64,000 nt of DNA from Eutreptiella sp. 'Long Island Sound 2002'. Its lineage: Eukaryota > Protista > Euglenida. The notes beneath the pieces were generated by a model, which was not told where the DNA came from, ran no database searches, and was given only the letters and a program-made list of their open reading frames with translations. The stretch lies in contig OZ038379.1 in the NCBI GenBank assembly GCA_964036045.1, positions 22,568,001-22,632,000 of the forward strand, given 5' to 3'. This document shows, piece by piece, positions 46,701 to 56,660 of the stretch. The first letter of the stretch is position 1. Every line of letters starts with the position of its first letter. The translations under genes and the position numbers were made by a program.

Positions 46701-49280
46701 GCAGGTGTGAGGGCGGACGTGTGCTGTGTGCCCCTGCCCCTAACCGTAGACCGCCCCCCCCCGCCCTCCCGGGGCATGGGGACGCGGATGGCTGTAGCGC
46801 CCCGGTACTGAAGTGCAGCCCTGGGCGGGTGACTGAGGGTTTGGCCCCTCCTGCACAACAGACCGGTTGGCCCTGCCTGTGGACTACAAGCGAGCCGTGC
46901 TATTCCTCAAAAGGCAAAGTGCCTGGAGATGCTGCGCACCACCGATGCGTAAATTTTGGGGATCTGGAACCCCCTGCTTTTGTGTTACGATGACCGACTC
47001 GAGCCTGCAAATGCATTGAGGGACTGTTTAGGGTGCCGTGGACCCAATCTTGTACGAGTGGAGGGGTTGATCAGTACCACCAGATGATGATGCCCTCGCT
47101 GAAGTTGCAATCGGCTGCATGTTGGGTGTGGGCTGAGAACATAGATGTCTTTCATCGGACAAAAAAGACTGCTGGACTCGCCAGTCCATCGCACGGGCAC
47201 AGGCACAGGCAAAGGCAGAAGCACAGGCACGCATTATGACGCCCCTCATCCCCGACCCCCGTCTCTTTGGGGAGGTCACTGAACAAAAACCTGGTCTCCG
47301 TCTCGATGGGGGCTCACAACCTTTGCTTCCGCTCCCCAGTTCTGTCGCGCGTTCTACGCTATGGACAACGATAAAGTGGCGGACACGGTGATGCAGCAGC
47401 TTTACGCACTCCTGTACGAGAACAGCATGACCGTACGCAGGGCCTGTCGCTTTTATGATGACGACGAGGATGGCGTCGTGTCAGTGCAGGTTTGCAGAAC
47501 ATGCCACTGACTGTCCTCCCCACCGCACAAGAATGTTTGGGGCGGGGGTGCAGCAGCCCGGGGTAGAGTTGGGGCAGGTTCTGATTTGCCAGGGCAGTCT
47601 GTGAAAGGCACTTGGTAGTCCGTTGTCAAGGACTGTCACCGATGTGTTCGTTCGATTAACGGTGATGGCTGTTGTTGACGTTGGCGGGTGAGCGATGGTG
47701 TTGAACTGCCAACCGAAGTCGGTTAGCTGGCCACCGGTAGCAGCGGCTGGGCGACTCTTTCTTGAAGTCTGAGTGCAACAAAGTCTGGCGATTTCCTGGC
47801 CTAGCAGACTGGGCACCCACCAGTGTGCAGTTGGGGAGGAGATTGGGCGCGGGCTCCCACGCCACGCCTTTCGAGGAGGGGAGGCGTTCGAAGTTGCCAG
47901 GGCACGGGTGTCGTGCATTCCCACTCAGCGCGCTCACTGCACTTGGGGTGTCGTGAAGACATTTTTTCTGGAAATACGAACACATGTTGCTGCCTAAATA
48001 AACTCCGGGGGTACCTTTGTACTGGCCACAGTGGGCCCTGAGGGTGGGGTGCCTGCCCCAAAGACCATGAGGGCGGTCAGGTACCTCGGGGCTGGCACAT
48101 GCCCCGGCCCACGTGGACCTTGAGTATTGTGATTTGCAAATTGGGGGTTGGAATTGAGACCCTTTGCCCCCGTCCCCCGACGCTCTGCAGGAGTTCAAAG
48201 AGGCCCTCGCTGCCCTGAACGTGATCTTGTTCCAGAAGGGCAATCCCCTGAGCCCCGCGCACATGGCCATTCTGACCGCTCACGGCTGCCGTGGGGCCCA
48301 GTGGACCGTCAAATACGTTGAGTTCTTTGATTCTTTTGAGGTTTTTGACGCGGAGACAACCCCCACGTCCCCCACGGGCAGCCGGCGGAAGTCCCTCAGC
48401 CCCGGCTCCGGATCGGAGTGCGGCAGTGTCGGCGCAGGGGAGGCTGATGGGCGTCCCGACAGTATGGGCCGGTAGGGGGAGGGTGCAATGGAGGCACATG
48501 CAAACACACGGGGACCGAGCTGCTCGGCGCGGTTCGCATGCGGCTTCTTGCAACGCGGGATGGGTCTAAGCGCAGGAGTGTTTGTAGTGGGAGTTGTCCA
48601 GGCCGGGCCTGTTGCTTGGGCCAACCGGAATGCGAACCTGTGGTTTGCAGCGGATGTACGCGATGGCGAATGTTGTTGAAACTCGCAATTTATGCAGATG
48701 GCAATGGATTGCCTTCGCGCGCGCGCGCACACACACACACAGACCGGCGCGCACGCACACGCACGCCCGCACGCACGCACGCACGCCCGCCCGCACGCAC
48801 TGTGGTGTGCACAAACACAAAGCACTGCCCGCTGTCCACAAGGGCACAGAGACCACCTTCTTGCCCAGGGCTTGTGCTGTCCCTCTGTGCCCCAACAGCA
48901 CATCTTCACTTTGATGAGCTCAATGAAGTCCAATGTCTCTTGGTGCATACAATTACTCAAGTCACAAATTTCCCAACCATCCTCCCGAAATGACTGCCAT
49001 CGGTCTGTCACGCCGCCGTGGGTGCCAAGCCCTCCAGTCCATTTCCTCCCACAGTATTGTCGCGTCAGCCATTGGCAGTTTGACCGCGCACCCCCCCCCC
49101 CCCCCACACCTGTGCTTTGACCACTCTCCATGTGACCCCGTCTGCCCCCTTCATTTATTCCGTTCAATTGACCCGCGTATTCCCCTTCGGTCTGCCTCTA
49201 CACTCAGTGCCCCTCGCAGACGTCTCATGCGCCTCTTGTCCCCAGACAAGAAGCCACGTCCCATGCAAAACCCGTCTTGA
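22550..49280 (+). CDS. PPEF: PPEF/rdgC-like Ser/Thr protein phosphatase with C-terminal EF-hands (multi-exon; 5' end not resolved)
   Basis: Phase-consistent GT-AG exons: 22550-22749, 24327-24501, 25851-26060, 26503-26866, 27622-27769, 30605-30800, 31068(acceptor tentative)-31268, 32240-32560, 34666-34767, 35898-36031, 42280-42424, 44072-44218, 45015-45138, 46574-46704, 47340-47489, 48191-48471/48475, and possibly 49208-49280. PPP motifs GDTHG, GDIADRG, RGNHE, HGG, WSDP, RSHE, FSASNYC. Confidence 0.88.
24327..24501 (+). CDS. PPEF: PPEF-like exon (LVWPF...[15 protein letters not shown])
   Basis: Phase-2 acceptor and GTATGG donor; resembles the PP5/PP7 N-terminal helices. Confidence 0.85.
25851..26060 (+). 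CDS. PPEF: PPEF-like exon (catalytic GDxHG / GDxxDRG / RGNHE)
   Basis: [28 protein letters not shown]. Confidence 0.93.
26503..26866 (+). CDS. PPEF: PPEF-like exon (HGG, WSDP)
   Basis: [34 protein letters not shown]. Confidence 0.93.
27622..27769 (+). CDS. PPEF: PPEF-like exon (RSHE, SASNYC)
   Basis: [29 protein letters not shown]. Confidence 0.93.
28580..28890. repeat. Modular intronic repeat built from CACTGC/GCAGTG motifs
   Basis: Repeated CCCACTGCCC and GGCAGTG units in both orientations. Confidence 0.6.
29183..29232. repeat. (CACCA)n microsatellite
   Basis: Direct reading of the sequence. Confidence 0.9.
30605..32560 (+). CDS. PPEF: PPEF-like Ser/Pro-rich linker exons (30605-30800, ~31068-31268, 32240-32560)
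   Basis: Open frames with matching splice phases (2-0, 0-0, 0-0); low-complexity content; acceptor of the middle exon uncertain. Confidence 0.65.
33660..33905. repeat. Degenerate minisatellite (GAAGTACC / CTTCTAC motifs)
   Basis: Recurrent GAAGTAC and GCTTCTA blocks. Confidence 0.55.
34666..36031 (+). CDS. PPEF: PPEF-like EF-hand exons (34666-34767, 35898-36031)
   Basis: [28 protein letters not shown]; VLQLDIPW...[12 protein letters not shown]. Confidence 0.85.
36575..38912. repeat. 85-bp tandem array, ~27.5 near-identical copies
   Basis: Unit GTAGCCAATTTGCCCACTTGTGGGCCACTTCTGATTCTGCCCCCCGCTCTGCAGCGGTGGGGCTCCCCGATACGGCAGGGGTGAG; period checked at 36661, 36746 and 36916. Confidence 0.98.
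38880..40139 (+). CDS. Ulp1/SENP-like (C48-fold) cysteine protease with C-terminal SAP-like motif; no in-frame ATG before the domain
   Basis: WLTDKDI, IFVVN, GLHWFV (His), WEPL (acidic), FQTDGWSCG (Gln, Cys). C-terminal IVPELRAAC...[13 protein letters not shown]. Frame open from 38820. Confidence 0.75.
   Translation: MPTCGPLLILPEELDVLSNPLLASPPGKEVKKKEVQSSDSEVDLFAPPPGAPVPKKKAKGKKVLPKAPPIDPPNPQRRTRSTIPSETTPLGVGHWLTDKDILCWLNQEVCHNEIDEPRAWTLAVIYIKRLSKYMQRVESGERMTNMRWCRRHIFVVNSNDKEGLHWFVCAFDCRVRLELFTIWVWEPLSSTHLIRPFLSALKKLSRTTKHRALGFQTDGWSCGFQSLNIAKQVVEHRGTFSNVPLVPMGAGFVDYVLNIVNADRAVRVAQAPGDDVEGVIELAGPPESPPSTQVEGALSAKEDSVQATPTPLEGKEASAEQSVESPEARPQPSVDTPTEEEDTRPKVLIRGEWRKVPDGYPADASGQLERDQLFIDGLCKQIVPELRAACQLNANPGAKPKSGDTKTDLIYKRAFCNYL
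42280..48475 (+). CDS. PPEF: PPEF-like C-terminal EF-hand exons (42280-42424, 44072-44218, 45015-45138, 46574-46704, 47340-47489, 48191-48475)
   Basis: [18 protein letters not shown]; [17 protein letters not shown]; [19 protein letters not shown]; splice phases all match. Confidence 0.8.
43158..43582. mobile_element. MITE with poly(C)-led TIRs and TA flanks (intronic)
   Basis: TA|AAC9TCGTTTAGACCGACCCC ... GGGGCGTTCTAAACAG11TT|TA. Confidence 0.65.
45825..46171. mobile_element. MITE with poly(G)-led TIRs (intronic)
   Basis: G11TCGATAGAGCCC ... GGGCTGTATCGAC13; no clear TSD. Confidence 0.6.
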
Positions 49281-51709
49281 AGTATCTTTTGGTGAAGGGC
49301 CCCATGCGGCCCGCAAAGGCTGCGCGCGCGCTTTGGGGTGGATTCCTGGGGCCACTGCCTCCGTTGGGTGTGTCTCCCGCATGTGTAGTGGACACGCGAC
49401 CCCCCATCGGCCACGGCAGTGCTGCAAGCGAAGTGCCCGCAGCACTTCGCTCGTCGGGGGGTTGGGGCTGCACCATTCGCGTTGGGGATGTTCAGGCCGC
49501 CGAGGCAAGTTCGTGGCGCTGGAATGTGCCCTCTGGGATCACCGAGGCCTTTCTAGGCTCCGCAACGGGGGCCCCCGCCTGTTCACATGATTATGCTACG
49601 TCAATGTCCAGAGATTTCAGAGATTTGATGCGTGGCATTTGCAAGTTCGCCCACACTGCGCGCGCAGGCACCACTGCGTGCCCCGTGCGCGTTTTGCAGG
49701 ATCTGCATAAGCCTCACACGCTTCAGCACGATGGCAGAAATGGCAGGGGCGCAGTGGCGCAGCAGTCAGCAGCGGCGCTACACCACTTCCAACCCCCCCC
49801 CCCCCTGTTCATGTAAAAGCATGATGGCCCGTCTATGGGGGCATGTTGAACACGGTGGCGTCCTCACCGTGTGAGCGGAGGACCAGGGGCACGTACCCGG
49901 TGGTTGACAGGACCGGCAGGATCACTCTGGTTTCCTGCTTCGCGAATGCCTTGCAGATTGCCTCGGGGCACCACAGTACTCGAAGCGTGACCATCCCCTC
50001 AGGCATCGGTAGTGGGGGTGCTGCCAAGCCGTGGCACTCAGCATTTGAATCGCACGGGCAAATCAGACTTGGCTGCCACAAGCCTTGATTTTGGAGGATG
50101 TTGAGGAGGTCAGTCACATGGTAATAGGGAAACTGAGCCCCGAGGACGGTAGGAGGTCGTCACATTGCGCGGCACAATTGCACGAACAAGAGGTGCGAAT
50201 GCTGTGGCCCGGCGGGTCGCAGGGTGTGAGTTTTGTTTTGGATTCCAGAGCTCTGGGGAGTTTTTGAGTGCCCCGCAGGGCCCTGACAGAGTGGCTTCAA
50301 AGCCTCCTCTGCCGGGCAGCCACCGGTCGCTCGGGTTGCCCCCGGGTAGAAACATGTCCAGCACTTGCAGCGCATTCCTCAACAAAAAATGGGGCATGCA
50401 CAAACACATGACATGGCAGCACACTGACGAGAATGATGGGGGGCAATGCAGAGAGCTGATGGAACACACAGCCGATCGGGCCCGGGCCCACGTGCAGCTA
50501 CGGGGGTCAAGCTACTGCCTTGCGGGTCTTGTATGTCCCCAGCCCCTCAAAGCGCACAGCTTGAGGGGGCTCTCAACGGCAGAAAACCGATGAAGTCCTC
50601 TTCCTGATTTTGTTGTTCACAACGGCGGCGCACATGCACCTGAGCACCCGCGCCGCTGTGGACCGCCCGTGTTGTATCATGTCGTACCATGTAGTGCCCT
50701 CATTCGCAGTGAACTAGATGTGCAAGACGTTTGTACAGCATTAGGCCAGCACACCTGCATGGCACATGCCCTGTGCACAGCCGGTGATGTACATATGAGA
50801 ATGCAGCTGGTCTGCCCACTTGGTTCTTGTCTGCGCATTTGGCCAGGGCATTTTGTACTGTACATAAGACACAGAGCATGTAACAGAGGTTTGATGTCCT
50901 TGAGATGTGCTGCAGAGTGATCATCTTGATAGCCTTTTTCACTGGCCCTGCTTTTGGAGCTGCACACCGAAGCAGCATTACCGAGCCTCACGTTCTGCAT
51001 CCCATTGGGCATGGGCCCATGCAATGGCCCTCGTCTCCTCCGGAGATGCTGCAGAGCGAGTCGCAATTTGGGGCTGCTTGCTGTTGTATCTTAAGACAAC
51101 CCGTATGTTTTTTTCATTGCAATGACCCGTTGTCCTGTTTTTAATGCAGTCAGCACCCAGTGGATCAAATAAAGCCAGTCCAGCTCGTCTCCCATTTTTA
51201 CTCCTGTGCATCTGCAGGCCTCCAACTGGCGAAGTATGCCACCCCCCCCCCTCCCCCCCCCAGGTTTGCAGGCCTGCAGCGGTATGTCCATGAGTTTGTG
51301 ACATCATGTGCAGACCACTGCTGTAGAACTCAGCTCTTTTGAGGAGCAGCTCACCCCCCCCCCCCGTCCCTGGTCCACCCCCGTCCCCCTTCTCAAGCCA
51401 GGGAAATGTTTTCTTCTTGGTGCATTTGCGTTTTGGTCTGTGTAAGTAACATTTTCATGTTGTCTACTTCACCTGATCCTATTTCTATGTCCTGTTTTGG
51501 TGGGTGCTTGTATGGGAGGGGAGACGTAGCCAATTCCCAGCCCGATTCTTAATGGTATTATTTGCTTCTTCTTTTTACTTCAGGGGGGTCGAAGTTGTTG
51601 TTGAGCAGATGTTCAAGGAACAATAAACGCCTCCCAACGAGCGCGTGTCCGATCTGTTTTCGTTGCAGAGTGGGGTTATCATGTTTCATAGGAAAAAAAT
51701 TGACCATGG

Positions 51710-51998
51710 ATCTATTGGAGCAACTCCTTGTAGTGACAGGATCCTGGGCTGTGGCTCATGCATAAGTGCAGTGCTTTTGTTGACCTGTTGCATATCAAAT
51801 GCCGTGTCTGTGGATGCAGGGGTACAAAGAAGGGACAAGGGAGCATGCAGGAAGAAGTTTGAGGCAGATTGTACTCGTTTGGATGAAATGGGAATTGTTC
51901 AGAGGACTCATCACCAACATGGCCGTTGTTGCCCTCCTTCTCCTTCTCCTCCTCCTCCTTCTCCTCATCCTCATCTGCATCCTCTTCAGGCTTCAGTT
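51710..51998 (-). CDS. Candidate exons of an unidentified minus-strand gene (acidic Glu-rich segment)
   Basis: Exon 51915-51998 (ELKPEEDADEDEEKEEEEKEKEGNNGHV) has a CAG acceptor and GT donor. A 107-nt phase-1 intron joins it to an exon starting at 51807 (DTAFDMQQ...). Confidence 0.35.
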
Positions 51999-52579
51999 CT
52001 GTGGACTGATTCAGCACAGGTACAGAAAACCTGGGTTGATATGTTTATTTTGGCCTTATACCGTTCAACAGGAGGAGGAAGCCCCCGCCCCCCCCCACAC
52101 GCCGCCTGCCTTCATAGACCCCACCCCCCCTGCTCTGAGGCGTCGGATGGGCTAGATGAGCCCCCGACACCAGGGAACACCGCCCCCCGGGGAAGGCGCT
52201 ATCTGGATGGGGCAGCACCCACCACTGCCACACCAAGCGGAAGAAGTAGGGGTTGCCAGTCACGGTCTCCAGGTGAGCCTGGCTTTAGCACAGTAGGGCG
52301 GGGGTCTCATATGGGTTCTGTTGTGGCCAGGTGCCCAGTGTCTCAGCCCACTAAACAGTGACCATGCATGAGTGGGTCAGTCTGTAGAGATTGTCCTCGC
52401 TTTCCACTGTCAGTGTCCCAAGCGGCCGGGAGCCCGTGAATGCGTGCCAGAGGAGAATGTGGCCCCGGCCCCGTAATGGGATGAGACGGGCAGGTGGACC
52501 CCACTATCATTGGACAATGCTCTTACTGGTGCAATCACCTTTTTTCAGCTAATCGAGGCCTGCTCGTAATTCTTGGAAA

Positions 52580-52822
52580 ATGTTGGATGCTTGCTACTAG
52601 TTGTTGGAGGCCTACAGATGGTGGCTGTCATTTCTTGGAGGCTTCTGGATGGTTGCTTTCATTTCTTGGAGGCTTTTTCATCGTTGTTGTTGATTCTTGG
52701 AGGCTTTTGCTTGGTTACAGTTAATTCTTTGAGGCTTGCTGTTATTTTCCACAGGCTCCTGGAAGGTTGCTGTCATTTGCCAGAGTCTTTTGCTGGGCAC
52801 TGTTATTTCCTGGAGGCTTCTT
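52580..52822. repeat. Degenerate minisatellite (TTCTTGGAGGCTT)
   Basis: At least five imperfect copies of the core. Confidence 0.7.
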
Positions 52823-54668
52823 AATCAATGCGGATGGTGCTTAGTTGTTGCATGCTGAATATAGATAGACAGAAAGGCAGCAGACAAACAGGCAGGCGGA
52901 CAAGGACAGGCATATAGAAGGGCAGGCAAATCAACAGGCAAAGAGATAGAGAGACAGAGACAAGGCAAACAGACAGATAATTTGCCACCTACCGAACCCC
53001 TGAAGAGGGCAACCCCATCAACCCCATTACCCACACTGAGGCCTGTCAGCGGCCACTGAACTCGTTTGTGCATGCTCTGGCGGACACTTGGTGAAACATT
53101 GGTTCCCAGTAAAAAAAAAAAGGACAAATGTACAGCTTCAGCATCGGGGGTATCCTGCACCAGGAACAGGCTATGATCCTTGGCTTCAGCAGTAGGGGTG
53201 TTCTGCACCGGGAACAGGCTATCCCGTCCCGTCGGAATGGTACTGCAGCTCAGTGAGCCACACAGCCACGCAGTCCCATCAACCCCCCAGTCTGACGTTG
53301 CCAAACACCTGCGCGTCCTGCAGTCGTCCAGGTCCGTCCAGGCCTTGGGCCACTCCTTTGGGCGGCACTCCCCGTACAGACAAATGAGATGAGACAGGTA
53401 GACAGGCAGACAGACAGGGAGAAAGAGAGACAGGGCAAATAAACGAATAGACACGCAGCCAGACAAAAAGACAAAGAAAAAATGGCAGACAAGTAAATGC
53501 AGGTTGATGTACGCTACACTATCATGCACATTAGTTGGCCCACTGACATTGTATTCCTATCACACCGTCACAGCGGCATGCAGTGCATGACTTTTTTTCA
53601 GGTGCAAAATATAGCTTAAATGTTGTGAAGCTTGCACACCATCACAGCTTTGCAAGTGGACGAGGCATTGCCATCGAGAGATAGTGTTGCAGCGCATTTC
53701 TTTTTTTTCTGGCCATCTTCTTGTGTTTGGATGTCTTGCATTGGCTTTTGAGACTAGCTGCCATCCTATGACAAAATGATGACATACAGAGGTCTTTCCC
53801 GCAATAATTAGCATGAGCACACCTTTTGAATTTCAAATCTTTGCCACAGCTTATGCATTGTTTCAGGTGGGATCAGCCGATGCTCTTTCCCCATGCGGAT
53901 AGCGGATAAAATTTGATTTGATGTGCGCAACATTGGGTGGTGGTCAAGCTGTCCTCCATTTGCAGTTTGAGGTGGTTTCTTGTCCAATCACATTAGAAAG
54001 GAGCACTGTGGGCACAGATTGGAAGCCAATTTGACTTGCAAGTGGGTAATAATTAGGCAGGTTGTCAAACTGAGAGGTGGCTGCACAACAATGTTCCCAC
54101 ATCTTTGGCTAGGAGAAGTGACTAGGGCAATGTGCCTTAGATTCAAACAGGATGCAAAAATATCTCAACTTGCTGTGGCCTCCATCACCAAGTCCTCTGG
54201 TGCTGGGTTTGGATGAGATCTTGCAGGTTCTAATTTGCTACGTTGCTATTGCTACGGATGGACATTGAGGCAACGGCGCAGTGGCACTGGAGGTTTCAAC
54301 TGTTGAAAAATTTTTCACTGACCATTCGTTGGAATTACCCGTGCTAGTCAGCTTTCCGCCAACTGCACTTGTGGAACTTTGAATGGCCCAAGAACAAGTC
54401 AAACATGCTCAAATGGCCGAGGGTGCGTGCCTGCAAGGCTATGCATGACCAACTGTACAGCTTTAGAACACTCACAATTTGCTGGCACCAGGCAACCTTC
54501 ATACCACTGTAATTCCTTCAGCTTTTGGGGTCTGTGGAGCTTGTGGAAGGTCAGCAAAAAGGGAAATATTTTTCATGTGCTGTTTGCGAAATTGTGTCAC
54601 TTCACTTTGGGGGGAACGTTAGTGCGCCGGGCGCGCGCCGGGCACGCGCCGGGCATCTTTTGTGACCT

Positions 54669-55116
54669 GTGCCCCACCGGTGGACTCTTGCTGTTGATAT
54701 GTTGGGCAACATTATATGGATTTGCCCCTTGGCCCCCGGGACATCAGCAGATGTTTTGATTTGGGATGGGTATGAACCTTCTCGTACCCCAGGTGATTTC
54801 TTTGATTTCGAAGTTGGGGGCCATGATGGTGCTTATAAAGGCCGGATTCATGTCATTGTGCCGTTCATTGGAAGAAAGAATGGCACTTTGACAGCCCGCC
54901 AACAATGTTATAATGACGTGCACGGGTGGTATAGGGCACGCATTGAGCAGCTGTTTGCTCGGTTGTGGCATGCAAGATGAGGCAAAGGATGAGGCAGAAG
55001 TGTGTGTATTGTGTTGCCAGAAGCGCCCCACCATCGCAGTTTGTGATGAGTGTAAGGAGCACTATTGTACTGAATGTATTGACACCCACACTTGTGGGAC
55101 CAATGTTGTTTGTTAA
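54669..55116 (+). pseudogene. PIF/Harbinger-like (DDE_Tnp_4-type) transposase fragment followed by a Cys-rich B-box-like motif
   Basis: LAVDMLGNIIWICPLAPGTSADVLIW...EVGGHDGAYKG...LTARQQCYNDVHGWYRARIEQLFARL; in another frame CVLC...CDECKEHYCTECIDTHTC. Confidence 0.7.
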
Positions 55117-55660
55117 GTACAATACAGATGACAGTTGCAGTTGCTGAATTCACAGATATTGCTTTATCATGCAACGCGCTTTGTAGGGAAGGTGTGCAGT
55201 GCAACGTGGTCTACTTGGGGGGCTTCTCCATGAGAGGCTAAATCTGGGGCTGAAGTCGGGATAGTTAATAGAAAAGTAGCACGCCGGGCGCGCGCCGGGC
55301 AAACATTCCCCCATTTGTGGGATCATCGTAGCACTGGACAGCTCTGAACCTTGATCCCAAGGGGTCACCTCGAGTACTGTGAAGTGAGCAGGCTACACCA
55401 GCTCATCTTGGTCTGAGCCAAAAAAAAAAGTACCGTTTGTTAAGTACAATACAAATGACATTTGGAGTTGTTGAATTCACAACGATTGTCTAATTATGCA
55501 ACGTGCTTTGCAGGGAAGGTGCAGTCCATCATGGTCTATTTGGGGGGCCTTCTCCATCAGAAGGTAAATCTCGGGCTGAAGTCGGGATAGTTAATAGAAA
55601 GGTAGCGCGCCGGGCGCGCGCCGAGTGCGCGCCGGGTGCGCGCCGGGCAAACATTCCCCC
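55106..55660. repeat. Imperfect tandem duplication (~230-bp copies at ~55106-55312 and ~55436-55660) ending in CGCGCCGGG repeats
   Basis: Both copies run TTTGTTAAGTACAATACA...GCTGAAGTCGGGATAGTTAATAGAAA.GTAGC...GGGCAAACATTCCCCC. Confidence 0.8.
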
Positions 55661-56099
55661 TTGGGGGACTCTGTCTTTGCAAGATTTCTACTTGGTTGTC
55701 ATGGGTGCACAATGGGTGCCACAAATGCAAAGTCTCAGAGGTTGGTTTTTTTTTTTGCAGTTCAAAAAATTCAAACCGTCCAACAATTGTTTGCATGCAC
55801 AGAGCAGTCTAATGTTGCGGGGTCTCATGGGAATGTTCGGGGCAGCCACGCATACCTGCCCCACGCCTATTTCTGGGGTAATTTCAACTGATGTTTGTGG
55901 GGTTGGTGGGCCACTGGGGTTCCGGGCCTGGGCAGTCAGCCATTCTGCTGGTCAATGTCACCACAGTGCACAATGCATGTGTTGCAAGGTCAAGGTCAGT
56001 TATTCAATATTCTGATGGGTTGGACAAATCTGGCTTGTGGGCAAGCAGTTCTTTGGATAAGCCAAGGTCAGACTGAGTGCAATCCCCATCGTCACCTAC

Positions 56100-56390
56100 A
56101 ACACCCTCATCATCACAGTTGGAGCCCACCTTGTAATCCATATCATGCCCCTTGGATCTTTTAGGCCCTTCACGATCCCGAATGAGAACATCCGCCGTGT
56201 CCCGGGAGACGAAGGACAAATCCAAACACTATTGCCGAAACTATGAACTGCAACTGTGACTTTATATACACAAGTCGTATACTTCAGATTGAAGAGGACA
56301 TCACAAAGGGCCATGAGGTTGAGAGAGACAACTTTCACAGCTTGTCGACGGGCTTTGTCTAATGCACGGGACCGAAACAAGTATTGGCTG
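56100..56390 (-). pseudogene. Second, more decayed copy of the Harbinger-like transposase fragment
   Basis: YKVTVAVHSFGNSVWICPSSPGT-ADVLIRDREGP (frameshifted) aligns by eye with 54669-54790. Confidence 0.65.
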
Positions 56391-56449
56391 GCCCCTTTGC
56401 TGGCATGAACCATTACAAGGGAAAGCACTGTGGGCCGCTCCTTGTCCGG

Positions 56450-56660
56450 GAAAAAAATATGTGAAAAAGGGTGAAGATGGATGAAAATGGTGAAATTGGA
56501 TGAAATTCCAAATGTGCCATATCTCCAATGCGGAAGAAGCATCGAAATACCTGTTGAACAACAATGATGCCCCTAGTATCACAAAGTTTGGGTTTGTAGT
56601 ACGGCTGGACGCCTAAATAGTTGCACTGCGTGCGCACTACGCTAAGGGTGCCCCCAATGC
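56450..56660 (-). repeat. Dispersed repeat homologous to 16975-17175 (+)
   Basis: Shared GCAGTGCAACTATTT.GGCGTC.AGCCGTACT...GTGATACTAGGGGCATCATTGTTGTT...GATGCTTCTTCCGCATTGG. Confidence 0.8.
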
